Assembly (NCBI GenBank): GCA_964016885.1
Contig: OZ024742.1
Coordinates: forward strand, 91,822,001 to 91,886,000
Source: Eledone cirrhosa
Taxonomy: Eukaryota
Reading direction: 5' to 3'
DNA length: 64,000 nt
Shown piece after piece: positions 52,673 to 64,000 of this stretch; the stretch's first letter is position 1; each line of letters starts with the position of its first letter. The notes under the pieces are model-generated. The model did no database searches. It was given only the letters and a program-made list of their open reading frames with translations, and was not told the DNA's origin. A program made the position numbers and the translations under genes.

Positions 52673-55600
52673 ACATACAGCCGTGTGGCTAGAAAGTTCA
52701 CTTAAAAACTATGTATTTTGGGTTAGATCCCGCTGCGTGATAACCTAGGCAAGTATCTTGTCTATAATCTCATGTTGTCCACTATCTTAGGATTGAAACC
52801 TAGTCGTCAGAAAATATGCAGTAACCCATTGAATAAATCGAGTTCAATTACTCCAAGGTAGATTGAACTCTGGGCTAAAGCGAAAGCAAACCACCTCTGA
52901 AACGTAATAAAAAAGCTCTACGGATGTTCAACAAGGAACCAGAAGTTGAAACATTTATATATATATTCATCAAATGAATAAGCCACCGGTTGACGTAACC
53001 CGAGGCGATTCAAGGCCACAATTTAAACCGATATACATAAACACACAAATATACATATATCTAAAAACTACCGGCTTTTCGAAATAGTTTTGAAAAGCCG
53101 GTATATTTGGCGAAACTTCGAAATATACAGTTACTAATAAAAAATATTATATTGACTCAATAAAATATTTCATTCAGTGCATGTTTAGTGCAATTATTTA
53201 TTTTTATTTTGTTTTGTTGTCTAGATAGTGTGAGTCGTAGGGGTGCCGTATGTCAATACCGCGTTTCTAGGGCATTTTTGTTTAAACCTAGCGGATCCCA
53301 TCTCCTCTTCGTGTCTCAATATAACAGATGTCTTCCAAAGAAAGGAAGGGAGGAAGAGATATAGAGGAAGACTCGACCCCAGTACTAGACTAATCCCTTT
53401 TTTTTTTTTCAACCTTGAATGGATGAAAGGCAAAGTTAACTCCAGCGGGATTTGAACTCAGAGACTAGAGCGTCGAAACGAATATTGCAAAGCATTCTAT
53501 CCGACGGTCTAACGGCTCTGCCAATTCGCCGGCTTGGTGTATTTAATATACAATTCGAAAAAGCGTGCCCTTTTCCGCATAGTTTTCATCTACTAACTTC
53601 CACTCTAAAGACAGTATAGTAGAAGACATTCACAACACCACCCATTTGCTTTGAACCCGGAATTATATGGTTGCGAAGAGGGCCTTAAGCCTACATTTTT
53701 GTTTCGCCTTTACCGTTTTCGTCTTCATTTTGCACACTTTATGAAATAACTTATATTTTAAATTCCTATTAAACATGTTAATTACGTCCAGCCACACAAC
53801 AGAGTATTTTCAAGCATTTCAGGTTGCTTAATAAACTTTTCCATTTTTTTCATCTAACTTTTAAATAATGAGATTGTCACGAGAATTCACTTGTTTATTT
53901 CACTGACACCGGAAGATTGAAATGCAAATGACCTCGTCAACATTTGAACTCAGAACGTAAGGGGTCGTAACAAAATCCCACTGGCATTTTGTCACGCTAA
54001 CGATTCTGCCAATTCATTTATTTTTTGTTAAGTCATTATAAAACCAATTAAAATAAAAAATAAAATATATAGAAATAATGTATTTTTATCCTATTTAAAG
54101 TTAATTCTTCCAACTACTTTTGTTTTGATTGTTAATCCAGAAACATAGACATAACAGTTAAAATTCTCAACTTGAGATAAATAGCGTGCTTATCTCTTGT
54201 CAAAGATGTAATTGATATTTTAAGACGCTTAGAACAGTATAATTGACACAACATCTGCGTGTAGCTGCCTATCTATCTATCCAACTGCTTGTAACTACCT
54301 ATCTATCTATCCAACTGCTTGTAACTACCTATCTATGTATGTATCTCTCTGTCGGCGGATATAAGTCCAAGATGTCGCCATATATACCACGACCAATACA
54401 AATGTAGGTATTATTACACCTATGCTTCAGTGAGCATGTCGTATCAAAGGAATGCCAGTTATTTTGTTTTAAGTTTATTAACACAGCCAGTCGCCATTTG
54501 TCTAGCAAGTCAGTGAAGCATCCATGACAGGTTTTCTTTTTCTATGTACAACGAAAAGCCTCCACATGGTCGAATGACATGCCAGAAATAGCAATCAAAT
54601 CTCTGGAATTTTCGTTATCATATTTCTAATGAAATTTAATGCCTGTTATTTTCAACGAATTTAGAACATAAAAAATAATTGAAGGTATTTAGGAATATAC
54701 CTAACTTACTCATTTTTAAACACAGTTTTGTATGGTAAAACCAAAGTCAGTTTTAGGTAGTTTGGTATTGAAAGAGTTAAGTAAATTCAAAGTATTTTTG
54801 CTGGAGCATACCTCGGTTTCATGAATCGTGAAGCGACCAAGAGCCTTGGAGAGGACGCTCGCCCATCCATATTCTTCATTAATTTATTTTAATACAGTGT
54901 ATGACATTAGAAATATGGCAATGAAAGTGTTCAAGCGCATTTACTCAGTCGAAACTGATACCCCATCTCGCCCATAGCATTCAAAATTATGCAATTGTTA
55001 TAAACTTCACTGTACATTCTTTACGGAGACAGATTACTCAGAATTTCATCAAACTAATTGTTAGTATTTTGCGTGCCAATATGCAATATACTTATTGGTT
55101 AACATTTACCATTCGGTCCATATGGCCGAGTGGACGTGACATGTCTGTGTAGTTAAGAAATTTGCTTTGCAATCATGAAATCCCGTGGCTGTTCGACTCC
55201 GTGGCATCATGGGCAAGTGTAATTTCCATAACCCCGGTTCGAGCGAAGGCTCCTGTGTAGAATTGTGTAGACGAAAACTTAGTGGGAGATCGTCGAATGG
55301 ATTGTCTCTGTAATTCACATGTCACGTTGATGCGATTTTGGAATTTGCTCATTAATTCCTAAGTTGGACGTTCGTTTTATCAATCAACTGGAAGAAACAT
55401 CGTCGAAATTGACGGAGGAGGCCTCATGTATTTACTATAATTGGTGAGATACTTAATGTGTGTTTTGATAGGACGATATTATGTGAGTGTTACGGTTCAA
55501 AACCGGCGCTATCATAAGAAATGTATACCAATATTGTATGAAGTTTGTTGGATTTGAATAGATACACGGGTTCCATTACACTAGGAATGTCTACCTTTTT

Positions 55601-57249
55601 CGCATGAACGCAAGGAAGCAATCTCAGTTGCATCAGATACACTTCTAAGAAGCTGAACTGTTCAAGTGATGCTCTTAAATTTACAAGGTCCTTCTTCGGG
55701 ATTTTGTGGTGTAGTATCAATGAGCTGTCAACTTGCTGTACAGTATTGATAGTACTCACTCTTTCGTTTGATGTATTGTGATTAGAAAAGCGGTTTATAG
55801 GTGATTGTAAATACTTGAGGTCATGTATGTATGAACCCTTAACTTCTGATGACGTGGTAGGGGCAGCTTAGTGAACTACGGCGTGTGTTGAGTAATTTTT
55901 AATTGGCTGAGCAAATCCTGCTCTAGGCCTGAACGCAGGCGATTTCGTCCAGAGAATGAAAGAGGGAGAGTAGGTAAAAAAAGGAATAGATAAGAATTGA
56001 ACCCAGTACTGGAGTGGCACTTTTTTTTTATCAATCTCGAAAGGATAAATAGCAAGGTTGGCCTCGGTGAGATTTGAACTCAGAAAGTGCAGAGATCCGA
56101 AACGGATACCGCAAATCATTTTAGCCGACGTTCTAACAACTTTGCCAATTCAATGCCTTTCTTGGGGTTATAAAGGATGCCAAATTTTCAAGTATTTCTT
56201 TGTTTTTAAGGCTCTCTATAGCTAATAGGAGGAAGAGAGCAAGTTATCCTCAAACCAGATACCTAGCCTGAAACCTTGGAATAAAGTGAATTCCGCTAAA
56301 GGCTATCAAAGGCCAGCTAGTGATGTTTAACGTTTTCTGCTATGGATTCTGATCTTTTCCCACACCTAACATCATTAGACATAACCCCCACCCCGACTAG
56401 TTCAAGACTAGTACCAGGAAAATATTTTCGTGAATCTCACAGTCTGTAATCTTTCTCACCTGATCTTTTACCAGTTGAGAATAAACAATCCAGCTGTTGT
56501 AGAGCAACCTAGAAATAAAACCATTTCAAATGTAACCCCTGCTTGGTTATTCGATATAACAAACTATTAGTTTCGAACCCCAGAAAGTCAGTATTCACAC
56601 CTGGAATACGACAACTAGTGAAATACGTACACTATATTACTTCTGCATACAACTGTATCCAATGGGAATTGATTGAATCCATGGAAACCAAATAATCCGT
56701 ATTTGTGTGCGCATATTGCTGTTGATGTACATTCAGTGTTTTCGTTGAGTGAACTAATTCTACTTTTACGTTGTAGCAGAATTGTTCCAACACTGATTGA
56801 TAATGTATCTACTATCACTATTTCTTTTATGCACATTTGATGTCTAATTTAGGTTCAACCTTAGCAAATGTGGGGAAAGAGTAATACAGATTAAATTAGC
56901 ACTGGTATTTGACTGGTACATTAAATTATCAACCCCAGAAAGATGAAAAGCAAAGTTGACTTCGGTGAGATTTGAATTTGGAATGTAAAGAGCCAGAACA
57001 GAGCAATTGCATTTTATCTGACGCTCTACCAATTTCGTTAAACCACTACCCTGTTGATGGCTTAAAAGTATCGGCAAAGGGTAAAGCTGTTACTTTTACA
57101 GGGAGGGAGGACCGCTGTAATATGTATGTGAATCTGAGAGGGGAATCTGTTGAATAAATCTTAATTAAATTATCATCCTGTATTTTCTTTTACCCAAAGC
57201 CAGGAACTTATCAGCACCCCGATACATTTATAATAGTAGGCGCAGGTAA

Positions 57250-57425
57250 GACTCGATAGAAGGTCGGACGCCATGCTTTACAACATAGAATTACTGCCCT
57301 TTACGGTCTGAGTTCAAATCCCGGCGAGTTTAACTTTGCCGTTCATCCTTGCAGGGTCGATAAAATAAAGCACCAGTAATGCACCGGGATAATTGCTGGG
57401 CATGTGCCGGAAGTAGAAACAATTA
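57250..57425 (+). mobile_element. tRNA-derived SINE
   Basis: Family match; older copies near 4490-4900, 10270-10410, 11150-11280, 38450-39000, 51120-51320, 53375-53532, 53890-54017, 56000-56150, 56900-57045. Confidence 0.8.
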
Positions 57426-58370
57426 TTAAAGAGTTTACTTCAAAAAGGCATGGTTCTGGGTTCAATTTCTCTGCACAGCACAGTGGGCAAACTGAGCTTG
57501 ACCAGTAAGTTTTCTCACCTTCTTAATGAGCATAACATATCTGGCTCTCTAAACCAATGCTAATATTTTATTCGCATTTATTTTTTGGAACCGAAAACTT
57601 TTAATAGCTTCGGTATTTTTTCTGGATAATATTTTATAAAGGTACAATATTTTGGCAACTGATGATCCGGTACCTATTTTTATCCGGATATAGTTATGGG
57701 TGAACATTTGATCTTTTTCGAGAGACGAGGGTTGAAATATAAGATATTTTGGTTGTTATTTCTAACAAAAAAACTGACCATGTAGAGGATTCTGTTAGCT
57801 CGTCTCCTTGTAGTCATTCGTTCGATTTCATCCCTAAAATCATGTATTGCAACACCAATTTCCGGCAAATCATGGTCCGGCAGCTCTTCATTTTCGGATG
57901 CAATTATAGGTAAACATTGGAATTTTTCACATGCCACCAGACTAGATAATTCACTTTTGGTGAAAGAATGGCATTAGATTACATTTTAAACATTGACACC
58001 TTCATATTATAGTTTAGATGTTAGGAGGGTTTCTGACTTCGTAACCTGTTTCTATTGAATTATATAGACCGGTAAAACGGATGATCTGACACGAGTCTGG
58101 AGCCAAAGATGCTTGAAAATCGATGTTCACTTCGAATATAGGCAACATAATCTATTCCTTTGCAAAGTAAAAACATACTTCTTTGAGACAACTATCGCCA
58201 TAATTCATTTTCAAATAGTCTTCCACAAACTTACCAATGGAAAGAGCCCTGGGAAAGGTCAATTCCACCGCTACAAAAACCAGTAAACAAAAAATTAGGT
58301 AAATTTGATTTAAACCCTTATTTACACAACAACGTTCGCCTTGGTGTCAATCAATCATTAAATGTACCTC

Positions 58371-58547
58371 TGGCAGTATCGGTAGAGAGTAGGACACCAT
58401 GCTTTCCAGCATAGTTACGTCCCTTTACAGTCTGAGATCAAATCCCGCCGAGGTTGACTTTGCCTTTCATCCTTACGGGGTCGATAAAATAAAGTACCAG
58501 TAATACACTGTGTAATTGCTGGCCTTGTGCCTAAAGTAGCAACAATT
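58371..58547 (+). mobile_element. tRNA-derived SINE
   Basis: tggcagtatcggtagag A box, B box, gttgactttgcctttcatccttacggggtcgataaaataaagtaccag core resembling the MetaSINE domain. Confidence 0.85.
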
Positions 58548-60989
58548 AAATGTACCTCGATTTTCGAATGTGTATGGGGGAAAGGTCCGATTTAACTAAT
58601 CACGTCTTTCACCAACTCTTGCTTGCCATCTATCACTGAATGTTGCATGCATGAATTGGTCTTCTCAGTCATCAACGTCATTGTCATAGAGGTGCTAGTC
58701 ACACGGGATGGTGGGGTGCGAGCCATAATTAAATATTATTACTGAATTATCTATATGCAGATAAGCACATAAGCTCGCAAAATACACTCCACAAACACAT
58801 TAAAAATAAAAGCGTCGATCATCAGATTCCAGTGGCAGAATTTGAACTCAGACCGTAAAGACCCAGAACAGTAACATTACACCACTTCCCAACTGGTACT
58901 TTATTTATCGACACGGAATGTATAAAAGGCTTTGTTGATAACGGTGGGTTTTGAACTTGACGCGCAGAGAACCAGAACAACTATTAAGGCGTTTAATCTG
59001 CACAAAAATAGGCGTACCACCCCTCCGCACACACACACATATATATATGCCCGCGAAACACACCAGCATATTTAGAGACTCATATACACACATATAGACA
59101 TGTGTATATATATATAAGCGTATATATTACTCGGGGTAATTCCATAAACATCACTCTCAATTACAGTGTAACATAACCTAGAACAATTTCACCTTTGAAC
59201 CGTTTAGCCCTAGGTCGACCTTGAACAAGCAGACCTATGATCAAAGGCCTTCCAAATATATGTAGTCCTTTTTAAACATGTTTTTCGCGCATTACCGTGG
59301 ACCACACCAAATACATCATTTATTTTTTAAGGCAGTATGGCATAATTTAAGGGAGAGTTGGCTGGAATTTCTAGCTTGTACATGGCGTAGCTTTGACTCG
59401 TATTGCTGGCTGAGGATGATGATACTACTAATAACAATGGTTTAGTTCAAAAAGCTATACAAAATGTAGTCGATTATCAAGTTAATGATCGTGAGGAAGA
59501 GGAGGAGGGTGCTAACAATCCTCAAACTACAGGCTGGGAGTGCAGTCACTTATAATAGAAACCAGTACTATACTGCACTGTTAAGTTTGTAAATCGACAA
59601 CCGGATGGTGAAAGTTGACCTTGGCGGGATCCAAACTCAGAATGTAAATAGACGTAACTAAATACAGTGTTATTATGTATACTACTTTAACCAACCCAAC
59701 ATACGAGGGTTGGCAAACATATATATATATATGAAGAGTATGTGTTAGTGTCTGTGTTTGTAGATCAATTTCTATGTGGTCTATGTAAATTAACTACATT
59801 GTTCCAATAATCATGTATATGTATTGATGCTCCTACATAGCGGTATACATATAATTGTGCGTATTATATAGTGAATAATATAAGGAATGTTCATAAGAAA
59901 ACATTTAAAATCCTTTCGCTATGAATTTTAAGGTCGTTACCGTCACACACCCAACCGCAGCAAAAACAGGAAGAAGTAATCGACAGTACCATCGTTTGTT
60001 ACTTATCAGTGTTTATCAAGACTGTTTATCGTTTTTTTGTTTATCGTTTGAGGCTAAAGTAAGTTAGAATCTTAGATTTCTGTTAGAATCTAGATTTCTG
60101 CTTATGTTTATGAGCTGATGAAACTCATTTGCATACCGAGCGGTAGCCGGCCAGGCTTAAAATACATAGCGGTATACATTTGTTCGTATTATCTATTGAA
60201 TAATATACACGATGTTTATGAAAAACATTTGTAGGCGTTTCGCAATGAATGTGTGTGTGTGTGTGTGTACGCGCGCGCGGGCGTGTTATCTACCAGGGCA
60301 AATGGTAAAAAAATAAATAGTAAGATGTAATGTATCGACGAGAAACTAGTAGGATTTACGCTACCTGATATCAGTTGGTATCAAATAATATGACATGAAT
60401 ACAATACCACAAAAACAATAGAAACACTAACAACAACGGCAATATTTATTTCAGCAACAATACCAGCAGATGCACAATGGACTTTCGATAATATTACAGT
60501 TTCTGTTGATTGTTTCAACATATGCTTTCACATTAAGGATTTTGCGAAACAATTAAGGTTATATATTTCATTTATTTGTTTTTTGTAAGTGTTAATAAAC
60601 ACAAAAATACTCAGTATCAAAGTAAAGGTTAATGGTTTATTAAGGCTTCATCCAGTCGCCAGTGGCTTCTACTGTGTCAGCCGTGTCACTCTCCACGCCC
60701 GATGGGGAGATCTCCCACCTACTTTAGGATGGGTGAGAGATGACTCCTCTTGTGAAAATGGGTATAGCTTTCACTATGTAAAATCTCCCCATGTTGCCTC
60801 ATTTTTCCCCGTTTTGGGCACTTTTTTTCATGGTACTCCCCGTTTGGATTTTTAGACGTTGGCAGATCTGTTGTGTACTATAAATTCCCCGGACAGTTAT
60901 GTGTTTAACACTCTGAGGAACTTAAATCATACTTGTGAAACGTTATAGTAACAGGCTACTGAATCAGCCTTAATAAGCTCTCTCCCTCC

Positions 60990-61038
<49 letters not shown>

Positions 61039-61178
61039 AAACAATGCAATCTATGTCTTCAGCCTGTCAGCTGGAACACCTGATGGAGTAATATCACATA
61101 TATTAGTTTAACTCTTGATATAGTAGGACAAATTGTAACATTTCAGACGCTAGTCCTTTATCGGAAGACATAATGATT

Positions 61179-61215
<37 letters not shown>

Positions 61216-61218
61216 AGC

Positions 61219-61272
<54 letters not shown>

Positions 61273-61426
61273 AGGTGATGTTTGGGAGAGAGACGAGAAA
61301 ATAGGAAAAGGGACGAGCGTATGTAACGAAAGAAATCGGCGATTAGTTAAACAAGAGAGAAAATAATAAAAGAACAACATCAAAATCAGCAACAACATGA
61401 GTAACCGACGAGGTAGCCTCTATTTA

Positions 61427-61553
61427 CCGTATATACTCAATCCAAATATAAGCCGAGGCAGTTAATAAAAAATGATCATGAGGGCGAACATAAGCCACCC
61501 CTCACTATCTTACCATCGATTTATTCATCACATATTCCTCGGCTTATATACGG
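61427..61553. mobile_element. Tc2/pogo-like MITE
   Basis: TA-ccgtatata..tataagccgagg and cctcggcttatatacgg-TA termini; TA TSD. Confidence 0.65.
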
Positions 61554-61999
61554 TAATTGTTAAAACAGCTAGAACTAGTAACGAACCCTCTCTCAAATTT
61601 TACTCTGGTGTCTTAAAGGGGAAATAATACAATAAATATTGTAGTCCTATATTTTTCTTAGAAAAACTGGATATTCAGTTTTGGAACACCTTTGATTATT
61701 AGTCTGCTCGAAAATTCATGATCACCCTTAAAGTTGGATATATTGTACACAATGGACATTATTCTTTCCTAGTCTGGATTTCTCTCCAATTCGTCCTTTC
61801 TCTCCTGGGAGCCAAGTGCCGCTTGTTTGAGAATCACTGACTGAAATATCTGCAAATTGAATTATAATCTAAGACGATAAGTATTTCACAGACTCTTACC
61901 GATTAAAACAACGTTTATTTAATTATTGTTTCTTCTCTTAAACACAATAGATTTCAATTAAACTATATGATGTTTGCAATCAAGAGCAATTAAATAATT

Positions 62000-62180
62000 A
62001 TTTCTACTTTTGGCACAAGGCCAGCAATTATTCCAGTACATTACTGGTACTTTATTTTATCGATCCCGTAAGGATGAAAGGCAAAGTTAACCTCGGCGGG
62101 ATTTGAACTCAAAATGACAAGGGCCGTAACTCTATGCGTCAAAGCATGGCGTCCGACCCTCTACCGATACTGTCAATCCA
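62000..62180 (-). mobile_element. tRNA-derived SINE
   Basis: Full-length family copy. Confidence 0.85.
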
Positions 62181-63451
62181 CAATTAAATAATGAAAGTAG
62201 GAAGGGAGGGAGGGGCGGGCTTTACATTGCTGTCTAGGCGGTATATCTCAACTGCTCCTTGCGAACAAGATCAAACCTGCCTTCAGGATATCGAAGCAAA
62301 CATCTTAACTCTTCTGATACCACTCAGTGAGAAAAGCACTCATTTTCTGTGCTACAAAACTGTTCATCTAAATTTTTGTTCATCTAAAAATGTAGAACAT
62401 TACTAAACAAAGATTTTAACAGAAAATAATTATGGGAATTTTAAAGTTAATAACGTGAAAACGATCCATTATAATTTTTGTTATATTCCAAACCTCGGTT
62501 TAAGAATGATTAGATTAGATATATTATTACATTCTTACAAAATGCTGATTATTTGCAAAATTATTTGAAAATTATAGGTAGTATCTTTCATTAGAAATAT
62601 AGTACCAAACGGGTTAATCACAGTGTCATATAGTGTGTCCACTAGATAGTAGTAGTATAAAGAGACAAGACAATATGTTGATTCTCTCCTGTAATGTGAC
62701 CCTTATTATTTTCATCTGTAGAAAACATCTCAATAACAAAGACAATGTGGTTTGTCATGCTTTCTCTTCTATATCATTTAGTTCTAATGTACTTCCTTCC
62801 TACTTTCACGTACAGAATAGCTCAGTCTCATGTTACTCTATCTGTGTGTGCACGCGCGTTGCCTTTGTGTGTGCGTGTGTGCGTGAGTATGCCTGTTTGT
62901 GTATATAAGCGTGGTTGTTTGTATGAGCATTTATGCTCGTATAATTAGTGAGAGCGTATATATATATTATTTATATATATAGTTTGTGAGTGTATATTTG
63001 TGTTTGTGAACGCGTGTGACTATGTTACATATAATTTTAGAAACAAGAAATCAAATATCAATGGTTTACGTTTCAGAAAACACAAGGATATTTAAATCGT
63101 ATCTATCTCTATTGCCAATGAATTGTGTTTGCAGGTCTTATATACATCTTCTGATGATAGAGAATACGTATCTCGGTTAGTGAAGTATATGAAGCTAACA
63201 GTTCTTTGACCTGATGTTGAAGAGGTTATAGTCTCTGGCAGGAGAGATTTATTCGTTCGGCTCTCTTTTTATAAGGATCCTGCTACCTAACAGAGTTAGA
63301 TGAAAGGCAGAAAAGATAGTGCTACCACTATCACACAAACACCCTGTCGCATTACAACAACCATCACAATACACACTTTAGTACTAAGTTTATAATTTGG
63401 TTATATTGCTTGTTACCATTTATTGAGAAATAAAACTTAAATATGGGTTAT

Positions 63452-64000
63452 CTATATATATAAAACTGAGGATGTAGTCTGTGTGTGTGTGAGTTTGAAT
63501 CCCTAAAACTAGAGAAGCACCCAACCGACTGTTTTCAAACTTTACACATGTAATACTTATGTTTCAGGGAGTGTTCTGAGCAAAAGGAATTTCAAATTTT
63601 CAATGCCCTAGGGACCGCATCAGGCGATTTAGCGATCTCTCTCTATAATTCTTAGTCTTTCTCTTTTTAGATAGATACATACATATAACGTCGCGCCCTT
63701 ATAATATCTGTCGGTATGACTGTCTGCATTACGTGACTTCTTACAATTCACTCTGCGTCCAGAACGCGCCCTTATAATATCTGTCTGTATGTCTGGCTGT
63801 TTGCTGCCTCCGGTTATTCAGCCACCCTTGCTCAAGACAAATCTCACACTCATTCCCCAAACAGTTGGTAAGTGCACACAACTTCTTCCTCACGTTTTAA
63901 GCCACAGTGTTGCTTACTTACGTACCACCAGACCCTTAATTCTTTGCCAGCCGTGGTTGTGGCAATACTAAGCTTAGCTAATGCGGTTATATATTTCACA
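63452..64000 (+). mobile_element. Probable non-autonomous Helitron (3' end beyond window)
   Basis: a|TCTATATATATAAAA start followed by a gtctgtgtg tract; internal direct repeat cgcgcccttataatatctgtc. Confidence 0.45.

Noticed and set aside
52775-52815. Minus-strand CTGACGA..GATA motif
   Set aside because: Lies in a decayed SINE; stems unsupported
53069-53103. 12-bp hairpin taccggcttttc/gaaaagccggta
   Set aside because: Isolated; no functional context
57655-57700. CTGATGA-tccgg..ccgga motif
   Set aside because: Lacks GAAA; cannot be supported

Overview
AT-rich, microsatellite-laden metazoan DNA. The SINE types and Dong/R4 load suggest an octopus-like cephalopod, which is an inference. No host gene can be supported; most listed ORFs are simple-repeat artefacts. 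Main contents: (1) an 18-kb nest (11.4-29.8 kb) of non-LTR retrotransposons separated by (TAA)n runs, made of two near-full-length Tx1/L1-like elements on the minus strand (one with an internal inverted triplication) and two 5'-truncated R4/Dong elements on the plus strand; (2) many tRNA-derived SINEs; (3) decayed Penelope-like (PLE) RT/GIY-YIG remnants; (4) several unrelated short elements set in (TA)n tracts that carry minimal type-I hammerhead ribozyme motifs, mostly with palindromic stem III, arranged as solo, tandem (523-bp period) and fold-back copies. Item 4 resembles a PLE pseudo-LTR / retrozyme-like system and is the most interesting signal. All structures were read by eye.
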